Shown in pieces: positions 46,201-54,398 of a stretch of 64,000 nucleotides of DNA. Numbering within the stretch: position 1 is the first letter of the stretch; the number at the start of each line of letters is the position of its first letter. Source of the DNA: a virus. Location: IMG/VR virus record IMGVR_UViG_3300017786_000003, positions 32,001 to 96,000 of that record, one strand, 5' to 3'. Under the pieces are notes generated by a model. That model was not told the DNA's origin, ran no database searches, and worked only from the letters and a program-made list of their open reading frames with translations. The position numbers were made by a program, and so were the translations under genes.

Positions 46201-49200
46201 TAAGGTAACTGCTTTGCATTAAGAGTAAATACATCCCCCTCAAAGGTTCTATCTATAAATTCTGTCAATAAAGAATTGATACCAAATACTTGCGTAAAGT
46301 ATTTAACTATTTCTTCCTTTGGTACCCCTTTAAAGTCACTTAAATCTACCAGATTAAATAACTGATCATAAGTAAGATTAACTTGATCAGGTAATGCTAC
46401 ACCTTTAGTATCTGTATATATATTTCTATTATTTGGTAAATATGCAAAAATACCATCTGCCTGATCGCTTGGTTTAATCCCTGCTCCTTCTAAAACACTA
46501 TTAATTTTTTCTTTTGTAGTTTGAAAATCTTCTGGACTTGAACCAATAAAGCGTAGACCTATTGTATATTTTTCTCTTACTTGTTTAATACTTGAGTTAG
46601 CTTCTTTCCCTGGGATAACAAAGTTGTTTCTTTTTTTACCTGCATCTTCATTAAGTTTAATTACAAGCTCTAAACTATTTATTTGCTCAGGTGTCAATAC
46701 AGAAAGGATCAACTTCAGTCTTTGCTTTCCTGTAGCATAATCTGCGTTATCTCTTTCATCTATATTAATATGTGGATAAAAGCCTAATAAATCTTCTACC
46801 GTTAGTCTACTAACATCAGTTGTATATTTAGTTAGGTCTAAAGGTTTTTGTAAAAACTTTCTTTCTATATTTTCTGCTAATACTTCTTCTGTTTCATCTA
46901 TCTTATTTTTAGGTGCTACAATGATTGAACCAACTCTAACTGCTTTAGGAGTACTCAATACTATATATTCTACACCTGTAATTTTATCAAATAATGATGA
47001 ACCTTGATTAACTGTAAACCCACCAATTGAATATGATGTAGAATCAGGTGCAGCATCCTCTAGTTGTTCAAACACTTTTCTTGCTGCAGCCTTAGTCTTG
47101 TATGTAGATTCTGGATTATTATTTTCAGGGTCTACTAAAGATCTAAGAGTAGAGCTAATAGGATTACCTTTTTTATCTGTAACCATATAAAACGCACCAA
47201 CATCTGGATCAGTTACTTTAACAACATTTACAGTAGAGCCAGATATTAAAATCTCTGTATTAGCTTTACCTGCTACTTGTTCACCTGGTTCATTATATTC
47301 TATACCAGTATCAAAAATATCATTATAAGATAAATTAGATATAGCTAATACTTGTCCTACTAAATCATTCTCACGCCCATCTCTACTATTTAGCCATTCC
47401 TGTAATCCTACTTCTGATTGTATATCTTCTGGAGATGCATTTGTTTCATCAGCCCAAATCTTTTTTATAGCATTAAAGGTGTTTTTATAATTTAATCCTT
47501 CTTCTGTGTTTCTCCATTCTTGGAAACCAATCTTTGATTTCTTACTACCTTGTTTCATAGAAGCTAGCATCTCTGCTTCATATTTTTTATATTGTGTCAT
47601 TAATAATTCATCCAACATAGGAGAATTATTTTCATTTTCAACAATAACTTCTACTCCACTTTTGTCTAATACTTCATCTTGTTTTGTTTTATTTTCATCT
47701 GCTACTTTTGCAGCCTGCTTTTCTTCTTGAGTTTCAGCCTTAGTAGATTGTGTTTCTGTTTGTTTTCTATAAGCTTTTAGTTTTTCTTGTATTAGATTCC
47801 ATGTTACTTCATCTTGTAATGGTGTTACAGATCCATCAGCATTATAAAAAGTTTTAAGTACATCAACAACTCCTGTCTGTAAGAATACTTTTGTCTGGTT
47901 TATATCAGCATAGATACCTAAAGCTGCTAACTGGTTTAATAACTCATTAGCTTTGACAACACCTACATAATTTTCAATAACACTCTTAAAGTTCTTTTGT
48001 ATATTTCTGTATGCTTGCTTATTAAACTCAAATGTTCTATCAACAATTTCCTGAAATTTAGTTGGATCCTGTAAATATTCAATAGCCTTATAGTATGTCT
48101 TTGCAGAACCTTTTAAAGCCATATAATCTACCATCATCTTAAGAGCATTTTCTACTTTGGCTTCATTTATAAAACCGTCAGAAGATTCACTAGCCATAAA
48201 TCTCATATAATTAAAAAACTCTTTTCTTAGTTTCTCTATTTTACGTCTATCAAAAGCACCCTTTCTGCCACCTTTAGTACTAGTAGCATTTTTCGGGTCA
48301 GTTACAATCTTATAGATAGCTTGTAACCTTTTCATTCTTTCATTCTTAGATTTTATTTCTGCTCTTGCTGCTGAGGTAGCACCAATAGGAACACCTTTGT
48401 TATCTCTTTGAAGGTTGCCATTTTCATCTTGCTTTATATCACTATTGTTTATTTCAGCAAGCAACAAGTTAATTTCTTTTTGAATGCTTGCAGGATCTAA
48501 TAATACGGTAATATCTTTTGCTGCCATATTTTGAAACAGAGGCTCTTGAGACAAGTTACTAAATATGGAGTCAGCTCTTTTTAATGCTGCACTAAAACTA
48601 TCTTGTGTAAATAAATATAAATACCTTGCATGCTCATATCCCATGTAGGCTAATGTTTCTTTTATATACTCTCTACTACCTGGTTTAAATGATTTTGGAT
48701 CATGCGGGTTTTGATATCTGTCCTTTGCTTCATTATAAAAATCTTGTGTCTCACCAATTTGATTAATCATTTTTTGCAACCTGTGTCTGAGCTTCCCGTT
48801 TTTTATATCTTTTTTAGTTGATGGAAAAGCTTCTGCAAGTTCTTCATCAGAAAGATTCATAAAATCTTTAAGTTGTTCTTGAAAATAGAAAGAACTTTGG
48901 TTATTCATTATAGTATAAATCTGCTGAAACTTAGCATAGTCTTGTTTATTTTTAAAATTAAACATGTCATCTTGAAACATGTCCTCCTTCATTCCATCTT
49001 TTATTTGCTTTTGTATTAAGAAGTTAAACTTAGTTGGATCAAACATTGAGTTAGGATCATTTATTTGATTGTTCCATGCTGTATTATGCACCTCAACCAA
49101 CTTACTAATCATATCTTCTTCTGCTTGTTTTAGATCTTTGTATGCTTGAGGATCATTAATTCTTTGATATATAGCAGGTACACCTTGGAAAAATAATTTT

Positions 49201-50960
49201 TGTGGTCCTTGTACTACTCCACCCATTAAGAATCCAGACATAAAAACATCAAACCCTTCTTCTGAAAATTGTGAGCCTATAGCAGAGTTGACCATTTCTT
49301 TTTGTAGCTCAAATCCTCCTGCCATTGGATCTCTAGTTACAGCAGTAAAGTACCCTGTAGTTGCAGCAGATATTGCTTCTTGTGTAACCTCTTGAATACC
49401 TTCAGAAATATTAGCAGCAAAATATCTTAGTGTAGCACCTGCAGCCATTCCTGCATTACCTTTTATACCACCTGCTTTTACTTTATTTAACCAACCTGAA
49501 AAACCTTTACCAGCATCACTAAATGGACTTTCATTAAAACCTCCTGATTTTTTTCTAGTTGGTTTACTTTTAATTAACCTTCTTCCTATTCCTCTATATG
49601 AATCATTAAACATTCTGCCAATAGATCTATTAAATCCACCCAGTGCATTGCCTAATACAAATTTGTTACTTAAGTATATAACAGGAACATTAGCTAATGT
49701 AGTTGCAAATGCACCTTTAGCTGCTTTTTCAGATATAGAGGCCATATCACCTTCTTGGATTTCTCCAAAGTTTTGTGCAGCTGTTATACTAGAAAGTTCA
49801 TTAATTAATTTATTGTAAACCATTCCGCCTTCTAGCTTACCTTCTGCAAGAGCGTAGTTTAGAGCTCTTATGTCTCTATAGAATCCTCCAAATAATGAAG
49901 ATCCTTTTCCCATATTAAATACATTTTGGGTTCCGTTCTTTGCTGTTTTAAGTTTACGTATAGCATACATAGTTTCTGGAGCTATAAAATCTAAAAACAT
50001 ATTTGTTCCTCTCCCTAATCCTTGAGTACCATAATATACATCTTTTGCATTACCAACGTTATTAAGGCTTTTCATCATGTTTCTAGTGCCTTTAAATAAC
50101 TTAGTACCGGTAAACACATTACCAATCTTTCTTAAAATATTTGCTTGACCTATTGCCCAAGCTCCTGCTGCTGGTATAGCACCAACACCAGTTGAAGCAG
50201 CCGCTGCAGCACCTAACGTTAAAGCTAGTTCTTCAACAGCAATAGACCCAATTATACCAAATGTATAACCACTGTTTAATAATAAGTTATTAGTCCATGC
50301 TAATGCACCGTCTCTAGTAGAATTACCAATAGCCATAGCATCTTCAAATTCTCTAGCAGATTCTACATCTGCACCAGAAAAGTCTCCTGTAAATATATCT
50401 CCCATAGATCTATATACACTTTTAAAACCTGCTCCTACAAGACTACCAAATTGACCTCTCATTCTAGCCATGTCATCCCATACAGTAGAATTAGCATTAT
50501 ATGATGCTTCTATATTTGAATAAGGAGTATAACCAATATCTGCAAACTTAGGGTGCTCATAATATCTCATAAAGTTTCCTGCTCTTATACCAGAGTAAGT
50601 AGAATCTACTCTGTTCTGTCCAGGACCTGCATCATATGCTGGAGTGCTGTCAATTCGGTCAATCCATCTTTGTGCAGGGTTTTGCTGTTTAACAGGGTCA
50701 TATGTATCTGTAGCTAATGTGGGATCTGGATTTGCCATATTACCATAAGCATTTATAGCATACTTATTAATAGATGGTGCATATGCATCAAGTTGCTGTA
50801 CAGCAGCTATGTTAGCAGTATTAACAAATTGATCAGTTTCAGGTGTTTCAAATAGTTTATCTACAGGAACAAACATAAATTGACTAGGAGGTATTACACT
50901 ACCCTGCCTTTGATTATTCTGTATAGTAGTTTCAAGAGTTGGATTATTTTTCTTTTCCAT
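37263..50960 (-). CDS. Virion-packaged DNA-dependent RNA polymerase (crAss-type, single polypeptide)
   Basis: 4565 aa. RIPSQ...SGADFDIDK two-barrel catalytic DxDxD variant (about 40137-40160), DKIKR, DAQMY and VDNAKD. Zincin motif HEAFH...EEYLAD at about 44410-44620. Confidence 0.9.
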   Translation of the reverse strand: MEKKNNPTLETTIQNNQRQGSVIPPSQFMFVPVDKLFETPETDQFVNTANIAAVQQLDAYAPSINKYAINAYGNMANPDPTLATDTYDPVKQQNPAQRWIDRIDSTPAYDAGPGQNRVDSTYSGIRAGNFMRYYEHPKFADIGYTPYSNIEASYNANSTVWDDMARMRGQFGSLVGAGFKSVYRSMGDIFTGDFSGADVESAREFEDAMAIGNSTRDGALAWTNNLLLNSGYTFGIIGSIAVEELALTLGAAAAASTGVGAIPAAGAWAIGQANILRKIGNVFTGTKLFKGTRNMMKSLNNVGNAKDVYYGTQGLGRGTNMFLDFIAPETMYAIRKLKTAKNGTQNVFNMGKGSSLFGGFYRDIRALNYALAEGKLEGGMVYNKLINELSSITAAQNFGEIQEGDMASISEKAAKGAFATTLANVPVIYLSNKFVLGNALGGFNRSIGRMFNDSYRGIGRRLIKSKPTRKKSGGFNESPFSDAGKGFSGWLNKVKAGGIKGNAGMAAGATLRYFAANISEGIQEVTQEAISAATTGYFTAVTRDPMAGGFELQKEMVNSAIGSQFSEEGFDVFMSGFLMGGVVQGPQKLFFQGVPAIYQRINDPQAYKDLKQAEEDMISKLVEVHNTAWNNQINDPNSMFDPTKFNFLIQKQIKDGMKEDMFQDDMFNFKNKQDYAKFQQIYTIMNNQSSFYFQEQLKDFMNLSDEELAEAFPSTKKDIKNGKLRHRLQKMINQIGETQDFYNEAKDRYQNPHDPKSFKPGSREYIKETLAYMGYEHARYLYLFTQDSFSAALKRADSIFSNLSQEPLFQNMAAKDITVLLDPASIQKEINLLLAEINNSDIKQDENGNLQRDNKGVPIGATSAARAEIKSKNERMKRLQAIYKIVTDPKNATSTKGGRKGAFDRRKIEKLRKEFFNYMRFMASESSDGFINEAKVENALKMMVDYMALKGSAKTYYKAIEYLQDPTKFQEIVDRTFEFNKQAYRNIQKNFKSVIENYVGVVKANELLNQLAALGIYADINQTKVFLQTGVVDVLKTFYNADGSVTPLQDEVTWNLIQEKLKAYRKQTETQSTKAETQEEKQAAKVADENKTKQDEVLDKSGVEVIVENENNSPMLDELLMTQYKKYEAEMLASMKQGSKKSKIGFQEWRNTEEGLNYKNTFNAIKKIWADETNASPEDIQSEVGLQEWLNSRDGRENDLVGQVLAISNLSYNDIFDTGIEYNEPGEQVAGKANTEILISGSTVNVVKVTDPDVGAFYMVTDKKGNPISSTLRSLVDPENNNPESTYKTKAAARKVFEQLEDAAPDSTSYSIGGFTVNQGSSLFDKITGVEYIVLSTPKAVRVGSIIVAPKNKIDETEEVLAENIERKFLQKPLDLTKYTTDVSRLTVEDLLGFYPHINIDERDNADYATGKQRLKLILSVLTPEQINSLELVIKLNEDAGKKRNNFVIPGKEANSSIKQVREKYTIGLRFIGSSPEDFQTTKEKINSVLEGAGIKPSDQADGIFAYLPNNRNIYTDTKGVALPDQVNLTYDQLFNLVDLSDFKGVPKEEIVKYFTQVFGINSLLTEFIDRTFEGDVFTLNAKQLPYGMSFSLQGVKLDMQKGILNSFDTLQYNTSDNSGGLIIYDIQAGTVVPVTNKKTLAEQKKLREEVKAGLEKSGQWSEMVEQSKGNSSGIRQNSDRYRAAVLLPNGTYVLVPLKARSYTPQQMNDLAISLITKAQEVQKNNKYPKQFNIDLENSLFISFAQGYDLELKVDKFGKVQLLKYNKLTKERTFYELDKDEVNKVEEGLTPAKKLSNLIEKFNNDEVNKEIKFKGKTVVLGSKNFREHLPRNTDVNTIINNTTTPVANNVIVPQKLLLNASSQSVLQALQLTKVINSVNTQTEDAPEQDVSVPRAPASSTVFVELEEISDQDFADYKDEGFASVPVEYINKIVQKRVAGEELTERETELESARITEITLLVNSKQKQGIDTSEIENPTNEVASLSDVIIELDKLKEELTQGVPFKEKGKVLRESKKYQNLLKLRKKLDKGANKVVRDTSELKPEDIEDINTFTTWAEGALPDFITTADIETLGNNLKAGGVRVGAFVMVLKEIAGELKINGTIYTGANSPFKYHEAFHGVFRMLLTDEQINQYIGIAKKEVRAKLRSEGKSLEIELQKFKNSADTYANMTRAELEREYYEEYLADEFEKFKMNPKSTKTNSIIKSFFNRIMEWIKSVLGAKTELASLDSLFESIDAGKFKGASLVRNQFTADMQVGIASEANALVPYAEITQNGVKGNLYLSNNIANPLIHGIAAHYIQAERKAASEGPYSPREVMNEVLDNFRNLYNIENPINAERSDIQKQRLTEISLAFDRFEDVIQEQVFEYLNIINGQLVDAVYNEEYFSDITGIRSASQFDTDASNIGGINSIPGFLRAYLATTTVTEQDYFGNTILVEGEPLIVPVNFNEAYNGILKSVKNLTAPIDILKSLYLFGQSNVNSGAVIDRILLDTFGEINPQAILDGSALSLPIKDPLLLQQIIKGFSNFRVEYIFTEIDQQGNSLVYSAAQRDDINSQMDRWAQAFLYKQEKLISDKKRKNQAVDAIQDLYDAISLNSETETDEVLSNKAKELSEQIYQYVGIRFSPLYLKYNFIAAKSTDALKPSQIALLNLNPNGQRLVLEDIEQMSRQIQRNQDIFDTGEMGMNSRLRAMAESNAMFDETIGASVFRNANGDLVYAHQNGTYHLTSIAELNDPNNIQRKLEDPALENNYLLNDPAFLKLSLTNRLKVLRVAGLKQKDRITGEDISGNVLGTDTYGDFSPRQFLSTLLNNYTANVNTKSGKVSTVEYLDEEGNTQERAIASVLIRVMEASNTGDQIDLPVIKAVELVGNEVKLTEEAVDIIVNNIRNEFARINREFNPDTATKDTVGGYNTEGGRAYTFFNTGVLLSEELKNKLISIAKLQGEQGNTITLDQALENAAGMTALRKVVVDNLENQVTEFKEVIESENASDLISKKVKQGLVRAQGFSTPDLQRSNELLNLTDNFDYNLKQIFVNDYINTFSINEILLGDQATSLKDPVDKIKRAKMQNASYYNAYSAFPSPDQGVLHSVEKISLISFTEPQGVSSFSNASIDKADAQMYMTTKAFRYLWFGMGLLKPEQVELLDHLDVGLEPITGNRVFGYDNKAGLAKAQALINSKKLVYGDGKTYLKMSAFVLTKDYTSDWNADKGVWVAKPNRVELHNLRVKMEAQEAREQTISIAAPVSAVKMEKRNVVDISEFNNETELKSEQFTDLDARYMGLQVVSPSNKMDIVDMSQIKELVTSEQDDSVKVEGLKNPDGTTMTIADVRKAYSDALSNRVLFKYKNRRNLVFDFQTAMDEFTLSKKDNVITPKLAAFLRYATAGLKASQASSNLLEFFADDAGISYNLNNAISVRKAESLFMSYFSRGVLAERVPGVTVNLVSDYGNKVYRRVYEFDENGLPLRSEIIRQKQWEAMSTKPEIFESTNDTDSNKPQSWLGVDPGKDGVVILDRLRSGLMEYTDPKDPESLTGQRYTEFMMPAHDKDVMEMIEDKVDASMPSVISKFFGVRIPSQDKHSSVNMKLVDFMPVYYGSSAMFAQELIETSGADFDIDKVFALMKEYYIKDGQFVEYGKEASLTEEYNAYINYVNEKVTKPGTIYSESLEQYKDNAVKPEHQLSDAEVDLVTIPDGPVSEESRKALMMLGLPVTKAQYAKYKEDHGFPYEAPYNNEVLDYRYALVGNRGMTESSTGIPIAYSPANDNIVKTTLDVLAGKSQVFSDRLQEDNVDVDNLLGKTKAFKSNKGASIGAVVLPNLYLSLLTESKKKLDWDFWLKSNKLVNGAFELDGIKYDSFAESTEVGGLQRKQDTLSALISIAVDNAKDRYISKLGLSKPAMSVMANMIALGVPLEVATLFINLPVIQDAFNARVDSGIKLTTYAEKILRSDEYKSIKSTKLTKELMYDFIDGNLVDSQDVTKSALEELIKISGLVEVTSKMGAITSLTKGLPSSIVELNNLKRTIQELKTQGLISVSDLYNDTWRGTYVNIVNQLTDVLLPEVFISSTKPFVGMYTKLLDGMDIPVTPEITKIQNDISLNIVSYLTLQAYLHNALQTDGQLAATLSNSFVYPQPVIDGQSVQSIISVVQDLQKRESLADNFFLQNFVLLLSADNSNNKTGMNLAQANTFRNLSSSQKIDLQTSFAQLYNTIETRKSAEAIINYIMVKDGLELGYASLLEAISPYTLNTYLNQVNNVQKALNGKATFESVFGLSQADLEKTLLDNYLLSTSSQEYVKTIYQGGPAQERRSLPEGYSFKDGNLVFNTEENQEKSFAFVRLGNINEFGNIDYFLFTRDLASKKEVVYKRVQPMGSKQQTPIGFIFGDRPTLSENNNFIDRKNAQNYSEENQIDAPVQTTDIAFDPVEEAIKTESSIVEATERSVTVQAAGPESTPVNIADTQEIQQQLFDNQEVMDNDEREALVLKAMEEEYIPSDPGNLDNIVYEQMEFQFEEEVEEQYPDIANEYDRLLENKNNIPILQQEKLFPLDSMIEQYEEMRKINVNLTEEEFKEHLKCLGLN

Positions 50961-50979
50961 TTTTTATGTATTGTTACAC

Positions 50980-53900
50980 CTATTGGTTTGTTCTTTCATT
51001 TGCTATGGAAGCTGCATTATTTGTAGCTACATCTGCTGCTTCAGCTAATGCGTTTGAATCTCTTAATTCATCAAAAACTGCTTTTATACTTTTATATTCA
51101 TAATCTAAAGCTCCTAAACCATTTGTCATATCTATATCCTTAGTTATTAAAGGAGACTTTAAATAAGTACCACCAGGTTGATATGTATTTAAATAATAAT
51201 TCATAGTATAGTCATAACCATCACCACTAGCAATTCTGTTAAATCTTACATTACCAACTTCATAGTCACCACCTTGGAAAACATATTCTTTATAATCACC
51301 TCCCTGAGCATTTATATCATTCATTACTTGAGATACTACTGTTGCACCAGCTCTTCTTGGATTTTGATCAAACTCTTGTGGAAAAACAAAAGATAACTTT
51401 CCATCATATTTATTAATAAATCTATTTATATCTGCCTGTGACAATGCACCATATTGACTATCTGGATCTTCACCAGCTTTCTTAGTTGACAACCATTCTT
51501 TTGGTAAACTAAGTTGATAACCAGCAAAGTCTTTATTAGGGTCACCTGGTGCTCCATAAACAGAAAGGTATGAAAGATTTATTTTAGGAACAAGTTTTGA
51601 ACTGTTACTTGCTTTAGGGTTCCTTGCAAAATAAGTATGATCATTTTTATAAATATTATATATTTTTAAAGCAAGAGGATCTTTTTCTAAATACTTTTCT
51701 ATATCTCTTTCTTGATTAGCATTTCTACCAGCAGTTGTCATGTCTCCCATAAATAAACCATACTGATCAGGATTTTGTCTATCCATTTTTGCAATCTGAT
51801 TTCCAAACTGTTGAAACAACATCATAGATTCATTAGATGTCATACCTGGCTTAGGTATTATTACTCCTGTATAAATTGGATTACTTAATAAATCTGCATA
51901 GGTTTCAGTATTTTTACCCATTGCTATAGAATTATAAGTTGCAGTAGGTATTACCATTGCTTTTCCATCTTGATTAGTAATCTGTCCTGTCATACCTTGG
52001 TTTAATTTCTTTTTTAATCCATCATATACAATACTTGCATCTGTAGCAAAGTCTCCCCAATTCAATCTTACCATTTGTCCTTTTAATTTACCTTCAGTTG
52101 CTCTTATAAATTCTGGAAGGTCGGGTCTTTCAGAAGAACCTCCACTAACAGTACTAGGAATCATTGTTGATGAACTAGAACTAGTATAACTACCACCATA
52201 AGTTGGATTTTGGTCTACATGTAAATAACTATTTACTACTTCTCCATCTATCATATAGTCATCATCATCTTGAGAGTAGGATCCATCAAAATTGTCCTCA
52301 AAATCATATCTATCAGTATTAGTTATCTGAAGATTTGCAGCTTTTAATGCCATTTCATTAATGTATTCTTGTTTAGTTTTTATACTGCCATCACTGTTCA
52401 TTATTCCACCAAAGCCATCATCCATTAATAACTTTACATTCTGTCTACCATTGTTTTCTGATCTAGCTAGTTCTTCTGTTATAGCATAAGCATCTTTATA
52501 TACTTGTCTTAATGCTGTTACATTTGATCCTACCGCTTCCTTTTCTACTACTGCACCATTCAATCCATAATAATTATTATACAAACTATTAAAACTTTTT
52601 GAGTTGACACCTTTAGTTATATTTGGATCATTTGAACCTGTTATAGAATTTTTATAATCTTTTATAATTAATGATGAAGCATCAAAATTTGCAGAAATAT
52701 CATCTGCATATTTAAAACCTAAGTCTACACCCTTCTTATCCGTTTCTCTAAAAGATAATTTATTGAATATTGTATTTATATCTCCAACTACTTTTTCTCC
52801 TCCAATCATCATACTATAATTTCCGTCAGGCTCATTACCTCTAGGATGTAATTTTTGGTAGTACTCTTTAAGAAGAGCTAGTTGTCTTTTTTCACTTGCT
52901 TGATAAGCTTTATCTTCTTGTATAAAATTACTATCAACAAGATCACTATCAGGAGTAAACTCTGCTATACCATCTTCTACTTCTACATCCATTTGTATAG
53001 TCTGTGCATCACCTGACACTATAGTATTATCAAATACATCTAATCCAGTAGATGTATTTTCTCCAATTTTTTCTAATGCTATTTCTGCTCTTTTATTTCT
53101 AGAACGTAAATTTTCTAATGATACTTTAGCATCTCTTTCTCTTTGATTTTCTTTAAGTTGATTTATACGCATTGTAACTTCTCTATCTCTGTTACCATAC
53201 TCAATAGCAGCCTTTTGCATATCACCACTTATATTAAAGCTCATTAACATATTATAAGCTCTATTAAGTTTACCTAGATCTGTATTAGAAGGAGTACTTC
53301 CTGTTGTACGTATTTTTAGTTTAGCATCTAATGCAGCTTGTGTTGCTTCAGCAGCAGACATGTTTTCTCTATATAGCTTATCCATATTAGAACCAGGAAT
53401 AACTCCATTAGCTGCAATCCAATTATCCCAATTAACATTAGCATCTTCTAGAGTTTTTAAAAGCTTTGTATCTTCTTCAATAAGTGCCTCATTAATATTA
53501 TTTATTCTCTCAATTGTTTCATCAGCCCACGCAGCTTGTCCTTGTTCAACACTACTGAACCTTCCAGCATCTATTCCTGCCTTAGCAAAATTTCTACTTT
53601 TTACATATGCATCTGTTTGGTATGCATTTATAACTTGTGGATCATCTAGTAATCTACTTTGTATTACTTGTAAAGCTGCTCCTGTTACTAACTCACCATT
53701 TTGTGTTGTTATGATCCAGTCAGTATTTACTGAACCATCAGCATTTTGACCATAATGATCAATCTTTGCTTTTAGTGGAGGATCCATTTCAGATAATATA
53801 TCAGATGCTAGTTCAAACAAATTAGCATTTTCAACATAAGTAGGTAATTTCATTTGCAATGCCTTGTCTGGAGATGCATTTATAAAATCATCCATTTGAT

Positions 53901-54339
53901 ATTGCATTGCTGTCACACCTGTTTGCCAATATCTTTCTCTTTGATCATTGATAGGTGACTGTTCAAGCTGTCTTGCAAAGTTCATTTCTTTTCTATATTG
54001 TGAAGTAAACACAACATCTTTTACAATTTCATCATCTTGGTAAAAGGGAGCAAAGACACTCTTGGCAGCATCAACATTTTGTTGCACAGACAAATCCATA
54101 CCAGATATCTTTTCTATTTGAGGTGCAATAGTCTCTGAGAACTGATCTCTTTTTTGTTTATTGTCTTCTCTTGATAGATCAGCATATACTACTTTATTAT
54201 ATAAATCATTTGCTGCTTGGAAATTAGCATCATATTTAGATGTTCTTGTATCCAAAACAGCAGATAAAAATTTATAATCTGGTGTGAAAGGTTGTATGTC
54301 TGGTAAATAACTATTTACTCCTTTTATATATGTTGCCAT
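50980..54339 (-). CDS. Virion cargo/ejection protein
   Basis: 1119 aa, helical N-terminus, directly upstream of the vRNAP as in crAss-like gene order. Confidence 0.6.
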   Translation of the reverse strand: MATYIKGVNSYLPDIQPFTPDYKFLSAVLDTRTSKYDANFQAANDLYNKVVYADLSREDNKQKRDQFSETIAPQIEKISGMDLSVQQNVDAAKSVFAPFYQDDEIVKDVVFTSQYRKEMNFARQLEQSPINDQRERYWQTGVTAMQYQMDDFINASPDKALQMKLPTYVENANLFELASDILSEMDPPLKAKIDHYGQNADGSVNTDWIITTQNGELVTGAALQVIQSRLLDDPQVINAYQTDAYVKSRNFAKAGIDAGRFSSVEQGQAAWADETIERINNINEALIEEDTKLLKTLEDANVNWDNWIAANGVIPGSNMDKLYRENMSAAEATQAALDAKLKIRTTGSTPSNTDLGKLNRAYNMLMSFNISGDMQKAAIEYGNRDREVTMRINQLKENQRERDAKVSLENLRSRNKRAEIALEKIGENTSTGLDVFDNTIVSGDAQTIQMDVEVEDGIAEFTPDSDLVDSNFIQEDKAYQASEKRQLALLKEYYQKLHPRGNEPDGNYSMMIGGEKVVGDINTIFNKLSFRETDKKGVDLGFKYADDISANFDASSLIIKDYKNSITGSNDPNITKGVNSKSFNSLYNNYYGLNGAVVEKEAVGSNVTALRQVYKDAYAITEELARSENNGRQNVKLLMDDGFGGIMNSDGSIKTKQEYINEMALKAANLQITNTDRYDFEDNFDGSYSQDDDDYMIDGEVVNSYLHVDQNPTYGGSYTSSSSSTMIPSTVSGGSSERPDLPEFIRATEGKLKGQMVRLNWGDFATDASIVYDGLKKKLNQGMTGQITNQDGKAMVIPTATYNSIAMGKNTETYADLLSNPIYTGVIIPKPGMTSNESMMLFQQFGNQIAKMDRQNPDQYGLFMGDMTTAGRNANQERDIEKYLEKDPLALKIYNIYKNDHTYFARNPKASNSSKLVPKINLSYLSVYGAPGDPNKDFAGYQLSLPKEWLSTKKAGEDPDSQYGALSQADINRFINKYDGKLSFVFPQEFDQNPRRAGATVVSQVMNDINAQGGDYKEYVFQGGDYEVGNVRFNRIASGDGYDYTMNYYLNTYQPGGTYLKSPLITKDIDMTNGLGALDYEYKSIKAVFDELRDSNALAEAADVATNNAASIANERTNQ

Positions 54340-54398
54340 AGTTCAAAAATACTTTAATTTATTAAGTTTACAAAGTGGATGAAATAAACTCTTTAAGT

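Noticed and set aside
17782-53749. Plus-strand ORFs inside minus-strand genes (e.g. 17782..18291, 18901..19431, 21051..21431, 22524..22964, 44647..45216, 53360..53749) and minus-strand ORFs inside plus-strand genes (e.g. 25696..26265)
   Set aside because: Antisense shadows of real genes, with S/L/F/I-biased composition, no motifs and no start context.
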